A stretch of DNA of 63,767 nucleotides, counting the filler, from Conidiobolus incongruus B7586 (lineage: Eukaryota): the NCBI GenBank assembly GCA_000697335.1. It is 12 parts of 12 records of this genome, joined end to end, with 100 filler letters (N's around TTAATTAATTAA, not from the genome) between each part and the next. Parts side by side here need not be neighbours in the genome. Positions count along the whole stretch, not along the records: positions 15,962 to 30,746 come from JNEM01006949.1; positions 30,847 to 35,813 come from JNEM01006954.1; positions 35,914 to 48,689 come from JNEM01006955.1; 9 more parts are not named here. The stretch is one strand, 5' to 3'. Under the pieces are notes generated by a model that did not search any database, was not told where the DNA came from, and saw only the letters and a list, made by a program, of their open reading frames with translations. Positions 24,621-38,460 of the stretch are shown here, piece after piece. The first letter of the stretch is position 1. Each line of letters starts with the position of its first letter. Both the position numbers and the translations under genes were made by a program.

Positions 24621-27574
24621 TTTTAAAATAAAATATAATACAATACAATTTATAATATAATATAATTAAATACAATTTAAACAGAAAATTATAAATATAC
24701 AGGAAATTAATATTAAATTCAAGAGAGTCCAAACTCTTCAACGTAATTTAGCATTAATTAAATATATATCACTTTATTGAGTTTGGTTGAAATTTACCTC
24801 AATCAATCAAATCCCTTTACACTTGAAACTAGTCATTTTGATTGGGTAATTCTCTTATGTAAGGGTTAAAAATTTTAAAGTTTAAGAATTATTAAAATTG
24901 TCTGAAATTGTTTTGTTTGATAAATAATTGAAAAAATTTTAAATGAATTTTAATGCTTTTGGATCATTTTCTAGTTATCAATATAGTTATTTATTATTCC
25001 ATTAATATTTTGATAATTAGTCATATTGAGTATATACCTTATTCATACTAGTTAAGTTTCGGAAAATTTTAAAGTAATTGAACTAATGAAAAGTTAAGAT
25101 TAGAAATAATCCAATTGATATAATTTTTTCAAAATATACTAATTGTATGATATAAAGTTAGGAATATTAGTATATTAATATATCTAAGGGTTTTAATTTT
25201 AGTTCAATAATGGATTATTTTATTTTTCATTATGTCTAAAATCCAATAAATATTCAAATTTAATAAATCAATAGGTGTAAATTTGAATCCTATTAAATGA
25301 TATTAATAAGTATAAATTTTAATAATATCATAATTGAAAGTTTTTTTAACAGTATATTAAACCTGAATTTTATTTATATTGATTATTTAACCAACTTCAA
25401 AATTATCAACTAATTTTATGCTGATAAAATTAAACCAAACAATAGGCTCAAACTTAGTAATCGATTCAAACTATTAAAATGTTAAGATTTCTGTATAATA
25501 TTATTCAGCTATCTTCAAAATATATAACTATTTAAGGAAATCTTAATACAATTCTGATACCTGATAATACTTCCAAATTGAGCAAGTCCCGAACCACATC
25601 AATCAAAATTTTATATTCTAAAAGATTTAACAATTATTTAATTCCTCAAAATTTTAATCATTTTATACCATATTAAATTACCTAATTAGACTTTATTTTC
25701 TGAATTTTTTATTCTTTATAATATAATTCAATACTTTTGGAATAATAAATATATATTAAAGTGAAATTTAAGATAATATAAATCTTTTCTATTTTGTTTA
25801 ATCAAGGAACATGAAAAAGAAATTGTATAGCCATGACTGTGTATAGTTTTTAATATATTATTATCATTATAAATGATTAAATAGGTATATTAAATAACAT
25901 GATAACATATCTTAAAATTCATGTTCATTTTCATAATGATAAATTAATAACACAATAAGCAAAATGATTTTTTAATATTTACAATTCAATTATTATTTAA
26001 TTTCAATTCTTTCATAATTGTCACAGAGTCAATTTGTTTTATAGATTTTTATTTGAATAATATATACTAATTAATAAAAATATACTACTTTTTATTTAAT
26101 ACCGAATAATAATATTAATCATAAATAACCGAGATTTTTTTCAAGGAATAATTGCAACATTTAATAGATGCTCAAAATTATTTGGTAAGTTGTACAATTA
26201 CATTTTTTTCAAATAATAGTCACATCCTTTATTGTAATTTTTTAATTGAATTTTGAATTAAAAATCAATACTCTGTATAAATATAAATGATTGATCAAAT
26301 TTATTATATGGATTTATATAATAATGAATAATAATTTTAAAACACTGTAATTACATGGAGTCACTTAAATATTTCTAGTTATATTTCAATGAAGTACCAA
26401 ACAAACTAAAATATGAAAGGAATAGACTAGAAAGGAGGTTGTTAAATGATCTATAATAAAGTGTATATGTTTAGAAGGTTTAATTAACACAGTTATCTGG
26501 GTAAGATAAAACTCAGATTAAATATATAAATCAAAGTAAATTATTAATTTCCAAATTATAATTATATAATAGATTCATATTGAAAAACTATTAGTGACAA
26601 ACTGAATTTCTAAAATATTTATAAAAATGTCAGTATTCTAAAGAATAACAGCTTGGATTAATGGTTAGAGTTAATTTAAAATATAATTTTGAATATTCTG
26701 GAGAATAAACCATTATTAATAAATATTGACGATTGATAAAATAAAAAAGGTTTTTGATTATTGGCTCTAAGAAATAAGTTATGATAATGAGCGCGATCTA
26801 TTTATGCAATTCAAATTGAATAATAAAATAGAAAATGCATATCTATCTATTAGATTGTTGAACAGTTTTCAAATGCATAAAATATATTTTCTAAATATTG
26901 TTATGGGACTCCTATAACTATAAAATAGCTTTGACTTATCATAAAATTTAACATTTATCACAAACTATTTATCATGAATATTGTTTAATATTAATCATTT
27001 GTTATTTGAATATATGATATGGTTTCATCATTATGGATTTGTTTGTTAATCGGAGCAAGTACTATATGGTAATTCTGATCATTTTAATTATATAATAAAA
27101 TAATAGGAAATATGATTTACATATATTTTGATTTTGAATGGTGTATTAATTGCACCAATAATCAGAAAATAGGAAAGATCATTTTTATTATATATAGTCC
27201 AATGTGATTCAGGTGGTATTTTGTTACAAAAAATACCAAATAACAATACAGATCCAATTATCTGCGAAGGAAGTCTTTGTTTTAATTCAATTTTAATGCT
27301 TCAAAATCATTCCAGAGTACTGATATATCGTTTTATTCAGCATGAACATGGGATGAATTATAATTAATTTTTGTATGATTGTTAAATAAATAGATAAATT
27401 ATTGAAATAGTTAATTTTTAACAAATCTATTAATTATAGTTTAAATAGGTGTTGGATATTGATATGGTGGATATATATAATAAACTAGATGCTCAAGTTT
27501 CCTGTTAGAAATTGAATTTTGAACTTGAAAAAATGGTATTGTTAAATAAAATTCATGTAGAAATAATATTAATC

Positions 27575-29110
27575 TCAATATCTTGCGATTGGTATAGAAA
27601 AAAGAGGATAAGATGTGGAAGCGAATTATCAAAATCCAATGACCGACTTAAAAAGAGTATAATATATGCTTTTCTCAACATATCCTGTAAACGTAGTGTT
27701 CATTCTACTATACTTTCTGAATCTCAGAATAAATTAAAATTTTATAATTGCTATGTCCATTCAATTGGATAAAAGTTGCAAATAACTGCAGCTATTTGGC
27801 GGGTATTTGATAAAAGGATCTGATTTTATTATTATCTTATTCTGATGATTTCAAACTCAAGCATAGCTACTAATATGGATTCATTACAGAATATCATAGC
27901 TCCAGAATACTTGGTTATCTGAAAAATTCAATACTGATATTCCAATGCAAACGCTCAACTATCAAATACCACCAACAAGTTATTTTACAAATCGATAAAT
28001 TTTTTAAAAATCTATCTTTAGGAATGTCGGGCCTAGTAAATGAATTCAATCCGCACCTGAACCAAGGATGGATATGAAAGCCCTTTTATACTTTCTTAAA
28101 CAATGATCATTGATAACTTTTTGGAAAATTTTCATTCCAATTTTTTGTTTTTATCAAAATATCTCTTTTATGACTAATATGAATGACATTTCACTGGTTC
28201 TCATGAGTGTCATCTTATATGTTGACATAAAAGCAATCAGAAGTATTACCTACAGTTACTGGAGCAATTAAATCACTATGCGCTAATTCAAATGAAGAAA
28301 AATATGTTTAAAATCAGCGATAGTGTATAGCAAGCATACTATATATTTTTTTGATCTTATGCTCTTTTAGGGTTTAGCAAAACAATCTTTTTATATTTAA
28401 TCGAGAATGACTCATAAGCTTTGCATTGGGAATGAATAAAGATTTGGCCAATCTAAGTCCAGAAAAGCAGCAAGATAGGTATCGTATCCAACTCTCTTCA
28501 ATATCTCAGGGCTTCTATTTAGTGACTACATTGGGTATATAGCCTTATTTTTCTCTAGTTTGTTTTTACAAAACCTTAAATCATGAATATCAAGTCTATC
28601 CTTATTTACAAGTCCCTTACGAGATGTCGCTTGCTGAATGCACATGTATCACTAGACGTTGCCTGAATCATCAATCAACACACGAAATCAACCATATAAT
28701 TATATACTCTATCTTATATCATCAAAAATTGATTTGCCATAATAATGAATTTCAATGGTAAAGTTAGAATAATGTAAATCTAATTTATATATGAATCGAA
28801 AAAAAAAATTAAAATTTTTTTTAAAAACAAATATTATATACAAACAAGAATAATAAAATATTTTGATAAATTTTTTTGGCTCATTGTTGTTTGTATTATA
28901 CCATGAACCTTATTTTATACTCTTTATTTCCTTCAATCATCGACTTTAGCATTTTTAACTTAATTTTGAACACAAGAATCAATTAAAGATACTATGACAA
29001 TATATAATTACACAGGGAGCGAATCTCAGACTAGTATTTTGAAATTTTATCACTACCAATCCCAGATATCATTATTTTATATAAATATAAATTTCGGGCA
29101 AAACAATGAC
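27575..29110 (+). pseudogene. Decayed Zn2Cys6 transcription factor of the same family
   Basis: ISCDWYRKKRIRCGSELSKSNDR (four of six Cys lost), IDNFLENFHS (~28110), ALGMNKDLANLSPEKQQDRYRI (~28420-28490) and HYQSQISLFY (~29050) match the intact paralogs in order. Stops and frameshifts lie between them. Confidence 0.75.
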
Positions 29111-32100
29111 TCCGATATTCAATACCATTATTTTAAAATCAAAAAAATATATTATAATAATTCAATCAAAATGATAATGCCAATTATATATATATATATA
29201 TATATTTCAGAAGTTATTAAATTGAAAGCCATACATTTTACGATACAAAAGTTGAAAAGATTAATAATTTATTCAAATTAGATATTTGAACTATAAAACT
29301 TATAAGAATTTTGCATTGCTATTGAGTTCATATAAAATTTAATTACAATAAACTATTTATTGTAACTAATTTGATTTTTGAATTAGATATTGAAGGGATG
29401 ATTTTGAATTTTGAACACTATAAATTTGAACATGCTTAAATTTAATAATAATTTTGATAATATAATTATGAAGTAGTGTTCAATATTTAAGAAAAATAGT
29501 GTATATATTTGATTTTATTATTTAATGATAAAGACTATTTTATATAATTAACTCATGATTATTTTTTTATAATAATATTTAACCAAAATGTTACTGATAT
29601 TAAATCATATCTTAGATAAAATCTATTTTCTGAATTAAATCCTGTTTCAATTATTTATTAAACATACTTTAATTTTTCAAAATGATTAAGTAATTATGAC
29701 ATAATTTTAATATTTAAAATTTTTAATATTATTTCATTTAATTCATTTTTATTTCAATTTTAGTCATTTTTTTACTAAAATTACTTACAATTGTTTTAGA
29801 AATTGGACAAAAAGAACAAGTTAATAATTACCGTAATAAATCTATTAAAATATTATTACTATACTTGATGTTGAATAAATATTTTGAACTTTAAAGATTA
29901 ATTTTAATGAATAATAAGTGTAAACTAACTTATGATGATGTATATAATTTTGGCCTCTGTAACTCAAGTTATAATAAAAAAAGTAATATAAATATATATA
30001 TAGATAAATTAAATAAAAAGTCAGGGTTAGATATATTATTGCTAGAAATTTTAAATAAAAAGACTTTTTTGAAATTGAATTTCAATCAAATTTTTAATAT
30101 ATAATTCAAAAAATAAGTTTATCATATTAAATTAATATTTTTTATTATTAATAACTGATATAAAATAAGAGAGAGGATGAGCTGAATATGGTATTATATC
30201 TATAATTTGGTGTTGTTGGGGGAGTTGAATATTGTAATAGGTTAATATATTCAAGGGTTAATGGTAGATAGTATGGGTAATAGAGGTATTCACTTGATTT
30301 GGAAAGAATATAGGTGTTATCATAGCAAAGGAATGATAACTTAAGGGAGTTTAAATACCTATTAGTTGAGTGATGATCAATAATATTATATACTTTATTA
30401 ATGGGTGCTTTGAATAATTATACCATGTTATTATTAATAGATAATAATAATTCCTTAAGTTAGGTAAATTGTTACTCTTGATTAGATTGGAAAATATAGT
30501 TATAATTATTAAAAGTTAGTTATTTAAAATTAAATTAATTGAGAGAATATCAAATAAAATGATATCTAATAGTTCTAAAAATATTATTATCAAAACAAAT
30601 TAAAATAAGTTATTAAGCATTAATAACTACTAATTACTATTTAGAATATAAATAATATTTAATATTTATAACTTATTCATAATTAATAATATGATAAAAT
30701 AATAATATGATAAAAATAAATCAATTAAAAAATATTAAAAATAATTNNNNNNNNNNNNNNNNNNNNNNNNNNNNNNNNNNNNNNNNNNNNTTAATTAATT
30801 AANNNNNNNNNNNNNNNNNNNNNNNNNNNNNNNNNNNNNNNNNNNNAGATTTTTATAATATATATTTATAATTAATAAATTTTAAATTTATTTATATTAT
30901 TTTTTAGTTAAAAATAAAATAAAATCTTAAATCAAATTAGATTAATTTTTTTACAAATTTTATAAATAAGTATTTAAAATAAAAATATATATTAATTATT
31001 ATATCAATTAAATATTTAAATATCAACTAATAAAATAAAATAATATAAAAAATTTTAATATATAAAACTATAATTAATAATAATGGGTAATTTAAACTTA
31101 ATCAATCTTGATTGTATTTAAAAAATATTTGATATAATAATAATAATCTTTTTATACCATATATTATTGAATTGAATACCTGATATCCATTTAATCAATA
31201 AATGTTACTTATTTAAATTTTTATGTCATAATGAATTTTTTGCTAAATTTAAATTATATCTTATTAATTATCAACTATATTAAAAATTGATTAAATTTAA
31301 TTTTTAATACAGATTTTATCAAAAATTATTAATATAGTTTTTATTATAAAAACAATATATTAAATACATAAAATTATGATTTATTTATTCAGATTTAATA
31401 GTAACAAAGATCATAACATATATTAGATTTGAGTTATATTTAAATTTAAATATTATTAATCATTTATATTTGAATTTCAATTGGAATCATTAACATTAAA
31501 GGTATAAGCTTATTGTATAATATTGGTTTTATATTACAAAATTTTAATTGAAGTAATATATTTCTAGGTATATAAGTACTTTATTTAACAAATAATATAT
31601 TGAAGAAACATATTTTCATATCTGATAGACTTGTGAATAAAGTTTTGAATTTCATTAACTTTAATTTAATAAAAAATGATTTTATTTTTCAAAATAAAAA
31701 TTTAAATTTATATATAGCTGTTGGTTAAATACTCTATCAAAGTATTATATTGAATAGTTCATCAGTTTCTAAATTTATTGTACGCTAAATTTGATACAAT
31801 TTTAATACATTTTACACTTGGTCAGACAGTTTTAATTGAAAGCTTAGCTTAATAATATCTTTGATATATTTTCACCTTTAATTTTTACAAAAATCAAAAA
31901 GAATCCAAATATATTTAACATCCAATATACTATTGATAAAATTTATTAATTTTATATTATTATAACAATTATATAACAAAATTGATAATTTATTAATTAA
32001 CAAAGTGATAACAAATATATAAGGTAAATAAATGCCTTTGATATAGTTTCAAAAATAGCAACTGGAAATCAATTATGATAAATTTTAGAGTTTAACATCT

Positions 32101-32960
32101 ATATTTTGATTCTAGTAATTAAAATTTATAGTGTAATTTCAATCAAGTATGTTTTTATAGACTGAATTATTAATATATTTAGGTGATTGAAACTTATATC
32201 AAAAAAATGATAGCATTGATGAGAAATTGGTAAGTAGAAATTGCAAATTATTTTACTAGTATATCTGATTGAATCATTCATTAAAATGGATATATATGTA
32301 TAAATATATTATTTGAATTAAATTATTTTGATTAATAATTAATCAATCAACTTAGTGTTTTAATATTAGAAATACATTTTAATATCCAATTATATAGAAA
32401 TTAATATATATATTATTCTTGGAACATAATTTTTATTATTATGAAATTTTGTATTAAATTCAATCATTTAAATTTTCCTAAGTTTTATTTAAAATTAATT
32501 TTGATTTTGATAATAGAAAGTATAAAAAAATATTATTAATAATTTATCAGTGATCATAATAATGAACTATAATAATAATAATAACAATGATAATAATAAT
32601 AATGATCAGTAGAGAACTATAACTACAATGAAAATTACAACTACTTTATACATTAAAATAATATAAATGATTATTTTATATAAGATTTAATATTCGAATT
32701 TTTAATATTACATTAAAATTAAAATCAATTTAATGCATTAAATTATAAATTCAATTCTCAAAAAAAGAAATTTGTTAATTGATTAATTGATTAATTTAGA
32801 AATAAATCAATTAAATATTGATTATAACCAATTAAATTAAATCACTTGATATAATAACTTAATTCATTATTAATCTTAAATAAAATTTATCACTACACTC
32901 TTTTTAATACCCTGTTAAAATATTATATAATAACAATTCATTCCTAAAATATTATTTATT

Positions 32961-34274
32961 ATGGAAAATTTTAATCATATAAATAATATTAATAATGAAA
33001 ATAATGAAAATAATAATTTAAATAAAATTAAAAAACCAATAATACCAAGAGCTAAATTAAGTTTACAAGATAAAGTGAAATTATGTAATTACGTTAAACA
33101 GCATCCCAATCTTAAACACTCAGAACTGGCGACTATATTTAAGATTAAGAGGAGTACTGTCTCCAGTATTTTGAAAAATAGTGATAGGTGGCACCAATTA
33201 TTGCTAGAGGGACACGATAATAATGCGAATTTTGTTCAGTTTAGGAGTAGACCCCCGAGGTTTCCGGAGTTGGAAGAGGAGTTGAAGAAATGGTATGTCA
33301 AGACCAAACAGACCGTGGAGAATATTGGTGATACGATGATAGTTAGAGAGGCGAAGAGGTTGAGTGCCGAATTGAATATCGGGGAAGAGGATTTGAAATT
33401 TTCGAATGGTTGGCTGGCTAGAATTAAAAAAAAGTTAAAGTTGTTAGATGGAAAAGCTATTTCGATGATTCAGACACCTCAGGATTTGGAGTTTCCCATG
33501 TTGGAGGAGAATTTTTTGGGACATAGCACTACGAATCATGAATTAACGTTCGATTTAGGTCAGTTGACAGTTGAGAGTCAGACTAGTATGCATGGAATGA
33601 ATACCCAGCAGGATGAGACTTCGAAGCTCAGGAATAATTCAAATGATATGGATAATGATCAAACTTCAAATTCTCCATCTCAAATTCAAATTCCTGCTCA
33701 TTCTGAGTCTAGTTTACCTCCCGGACATTTGAGCGCTAATGAACTTAACGGGAATTCATTAATGCAGCACTTGTCACATACTTCGTCCAATATTGGAACG
33801 AGTCAAGTTCATTTGACACCTCAGTTGACTCAATCTCCACTCGAACAGCAATTGGAACAACAATCGCTACTCCTAAGACATTCTATTGAAAATACAACAT
33901 CTATTACATCCACGACCATGACAACTCCCTTCTTAACTCCTAATTCCCTCACAACAAATGGAATTAATATGACCTCACTACCTCTAAACACTATGAACAT
34001 TCCAGCTACCACCACATCTATCAAACAACCTAATTACTATATCCCACCTGAGGTAGGACTCAATAGTGGTCAAATCTTCCTAGACTACTTCAAACAGCTG
34101 GAGGGGGACGATTCCGAAAACGTTCAACTGATTTACAATCTTCTCCAATTAGCCAAAAAGAAAGCTAGCTGGGAAGTTGGTAAAACTTTCCTCAAACTTT
34201 TGAGTGAAACTCAACCCAATTGTAATACTGAAGAATTGAAAATTTTGGAAAAATTAATCAATGATCATCACTAA
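32961..34274 (+). CDS. CENP-B/pogo-type DNA-binding protein (psq-type HTH + Tc5-type HTH), no DDE domain
   Basis: RAKLSLQDKVKLC...LATIFKIKRSTVSSILK, then FPELEEELKKW...AKRL...LKFSNGWLARIKKK. Followed by a S/T/Q/N low-complexity region. Intact 437-aa ORF. Confidence 0.85.
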   Translation: MENFNHINNINNENNENNNLNKIKKPIIPRAKLSLQDKVKLCNYVKQHPNLKHSELATIFKIKRSTVSSILKNSDRWHQLLLEGHDNNANFVQFRSRPPRFPELEEELKKWYVKTKQTVENIGDTMIVREAKRLSAELNIGEEDLKFSNGWLARIKKKLKLLDGKAISMIQTPQDLEFPMLEENFLGHSTTNHELTFDLGQLTVESQTSMHGMNTQQDETSKLRNNSNDMDNDQTSNSPSQIQIPAHSESSLPPGHLSANELNGNSLMQHLSHTSSNIGTSQVHLTPQLTQSPLEQQLEQQSLLLRHSIENTTSITSTTMTTPFLTPNSLTTNGINMTSLPLNTMNIPATTTSIKQPNYYIPPEVGLNSGQIFLDYFKQLEGDDSENVQLIYNLLQLAKKKASWEVGKTFLKLLSETQPNCNTEELKILEKLINDHH

Positions 34275-34323
34275 GTTTATTGTATTATTATTATTTTTAT
34301 TGTTATTGTTATTAAATTATTTA

Positions 34324-34868
34324 TTATTTGATTTCTAATTGTTTGTCTCCTTCTATCGTTTCATTACTATTACTGTCTTCTACTTTATCCTCCTTAGCTT
34401 TAGCATACTTTTCTAAAGATCTCTTCCTCTGTTTGGCTTTCTGTTTCTTTAACTTTTGAATTTTTAACGCTTTTTTAGATTGATTACCATTGTAAAATTC
34501 ATCTAATTTCGCAATCATCATCTTTCGAGCAATTTTGCGATTCTCAGATTGAGAACGAGTTTGTTGACACTATTTCAAATTAATCAATGTATTATAAAAT
34601 ATGAAAGTTAACTTACCTGAAGACGTATTCCAGTTGGAATATGTACTAACTCGACGTTGGAATTAGTCTTGTTAATAGCTTGGCCTCCATTCCCAGATCC
34701 CTTGACGAAGGTTTCTTTCAAGTCTTCTTCTCTGAGTTCGATTTTAATTGGAGTTTTAGATGGTTTTAATTGATTTAAACAATTAATAAAAGAATGAAAA
34801 TAATTTAATTGTAAAGGTTTGATTAATAAATTTTTAGGAAAATTTTTTATTATAGAATTAAATATCAT
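34324..34868 (-). CDS. Mitochondrial class-I release-factor-like ribosome rescue protein (C12orf65/MTRFR-like); exons 34617-34868, 34324-34569
   Basis: FVKGSGNGGQAINKT...HIPTGIRLQ|CQQTRSQSENRKIAR with the GGQ motif, a basic C-terminal tail, a presequence-like N-terminus and a 47-nt GT-AG intron. Confidence 0.88.
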
Positions 34869-37800
34869 TTTGATTTTTTATTGATTATTCAATTGTTATT
34901 TATACTACATTGATATTCCAAAATTTATATAATCGAATTAGAATTCAATGATTTATGGGATTGTTTTCTTTTTTCAATGATTTTATTTGTGAAGGTTTAG
35001 ATATTTTACAATATTATTTATTAATAAATAACTCAAATTGATTAAAGTTAATTAAAAGTAATTTTAATATTATTATGGAATTGATATTTAATATGGTATT
35101 AAATATTAAGTTAAATGATAAAGTATTAATTAATTAATTAATATATTAGTTTAAAAAGAAAAAATGATATATTATTTTCTTTCTGATTTCTCAAATAAAT
35201 TATTAATAATTAAAAATTCATTATATAAAAAATATATAAAAGAATAAATCATTTTAAAATATATATATATATATATATATATATCCACTTATAATTATTC
35301 TTTGATCCAATTATTTACAATCAATAATTTAATGTTGAATTAAATCAAGTTTGATTTAAATATTATCTATTAATAGTTTTTTATTTTAATATTACTAAAA
35401 TTCAAGCATAAACTTTTTAAAATCATTTGTGATTTGTAAATAGCTTATGAAATATTATTTCATTTAAAATATCATTTGTTGTTAATTTTATCATATTATA
35501 ATTAAAAGAAATATTATTTAAAATTTAAAAAAATTAGTTATTATTATTTATTACAAAAGAAAAATATCTATATTAAAATATTCTTTTTATTTTAATTCAA
35601 TAATTAATATGATAATTTAATATCAATTATATAAGTATGTAATATAAATTAAAATTTATATTAGAATTAATCAATAAAAATATAAATATTATATAATTTA
35701 ATAAAAGTTTAGAAAAAAATTAAAATAATTATAACTAAATAAAATTTATCAATATATAAATGAAAATAAAGGTTTTTATATTAAATTAGTCAATTAATTA
35801 ATTAATTCAAAATNNNNNNNNNNNNNNNNNNNNNNNNNNNNNNNNNNNNNNNNNNNNTTAATTAATTAANNNNNNNNNNNNNNNNNNNNNNNNNNNNNNN
35901 NNNNNNNNNNNNNTATATTCCTTTAAGTTTATTAATTTTGATTATAATATACAAAAAATAATCATATTTTTTATTAAACCAAAAATTAGGCTAAGGTGCT
36001 TATAATTTGTTTCTAATAAAACTCCATATAAAATATATCATAATTTTATAAATTATTAAAACTCAAGCTTGATTTAATAATATTGTCCTAATATTGGATA
36101 TTAGGAAAAAAATAATTTATTATTATTATTATTATCTATTTTATAGCTTTGAATATTAAAAAACTACCATATATTGGTTAATCAAATTCAACAATATAAT
36201 AACTTGAAATATATTATAACAATATTATAAATTAAATTATCTATTTAAAACTCTATAATAAATAATTATTAAATAAAATTATAAAAAAATAATATTATAT
36301 AATATTAATAAAATAATAAATTTAATCAAATTCAAATATATATTGATATATATAATTATTATAGTTTATCAAATAATTAATCCAATAAGTTATATTTATA
36401 TAATATATAATGAATATATTCAATTTTATAATTGGAAATAAATAATAATTGATAAATATAAATTAATGGTAAAACTAACATTCAATATAAATTTGAAAAT
36501 AAAAAGACTGTTTGGATAAATATTGCTTTACAAGTTTGATTTACATCATGTTATATTAATTAATTCCATTCTATAATATTTGAAAAATATTAATTAAAAA
36601 ATAAAATAATTAAAACATATAAATATTTTAAAGGTTTATTGATTAAGACAATTGAGAGTGGCATTGTTTGAGGATGTGAATTTTATTTCAAACCAAATCA
36701 AAATCGTCAAGTTCAACTAACACTCATTCTATATAATTATTAGTTTCATTATGTTTCGTTAGTGTCTAACTAAGCCCAGACACAGAAATTCATTGAATTT
36801 AAATAATAATAATTTTAATGTATTTAGTATATTGAATAGAATACCATTATAAAAATTTGAATACCTTGTATCTATTATTAGACTCATTTTGAAATTTATT
36901 TATTAAAATTTTCAATAAGGATTACAGCAACATATAATTCAATGATGAAAAACATAAATACTATTTAAGACATACAAAATCCTATTTTTAATAATATTTT
37001 ATGATAAAAATATAAATATATGATTTCATATTTAAACCGCTATAATTTATTATAAAAATGATATTTCTTAATACATTTTTATATTCTATACTTTGACATT
37101 AGACTTATCTGATAACATATGATTTTATATAATATATAATAAATTTCAAAGGAAAAAGATATTTAGAAAATAAAAAAATATTGTTTCAAATATTTTTCCA
37201 CTAATTCAAATTAAGAAATTTTAAAAAGTTAATATCTTTGATTTGTTAAAAATTATAGATATAAATATAAAAATTCATATTGTATTTAATAATAATTTAA
37301 ACCCATTTAGCTATATAAATTACTAAAATAAGGTTCATTCTGAGGTAGTGATCAAGTTTCATATTGAACTAATATTGAGGATACTTTCATCGATAGAATT
37401 TATAAACCATCTTTAAAATCAATGATACATCGAATATAAGTTGAGTTTTATTTATTATTTTAAATTATTTGAAAATATTATGAATTGATTCAGGATCAAA
37501 ATAAATTAATCATTATCTTAAAGTTTTAAATTAATCATTGTTACAAAAGATTTAGCATTATTAAATATAGTGCTCTCTTTGTTGAAATATCAAAATGAGT
37601 TCAAATTCAGGATTCATAAATCATAGTCTTTTAGTGTTGTATTAATTTTTTGTGTAAATTAATTTTATTGGAATATATATTAGATCTAAATTAACAATTT
37701 TAGTGAATACAATATAGATATTTTATAATATCTAAACTAAAATTTGTTTGTTATTACACGTGTTCTTTAGATTGAATTTAAAAACCCATATTTTTTCCAA

Positions 37801-38460
37801 ATATTTTTTTTAATTTTTTAAACATATTTAACATAATAATATACATTAAAATTCTAGAATTAGTTATATACTTATATCGCAGTAGCGTTCTAAACCATCA
37901 AAGATCAATAAAAAAGTGACTAATCAATGCAATACATTGGTTATTAAACTTTAACTAACTTAAAAGTAGGCTTACTTTGAGGTTTGATAATCATCCCAGT
38001 ATTCAGGGCTATAAAATTGGTGATTATTTTTTGATTTACGGCTGTTAATTATAAAATTAAATATAGTTTCCACTATTTGATAACTGTGATTAAAGAAAAT
38101 TCAATGAACTAAGCTTAAAAAATATAAATATTTTCAGAATTATATTGTATAAATATTAATGTTTCATCTCAATTTTTAGTCGCAAAATATTCACCCTGAA
38201 TTTTATGCACCTCCTCTTTTCTAGATTATAGTCAAATTTTGAATAAATATTTCAATAATGTGACATTTAAATTGGAAAAAAAACTTCATGGTTTCAAATC
38301 AAACTGCTTTAACTAATTTAAAGACTCCTTACTACTGCCTTATACCTATCTCAAATCCGCAAGTAAATTCATATAAATAGGATATCATTGATTTCTATCA
38401 CTTTATCACCTGCAAGTTCATATAATTAGTTAACTATCGCGTATTTATTTTAACTGCAAA

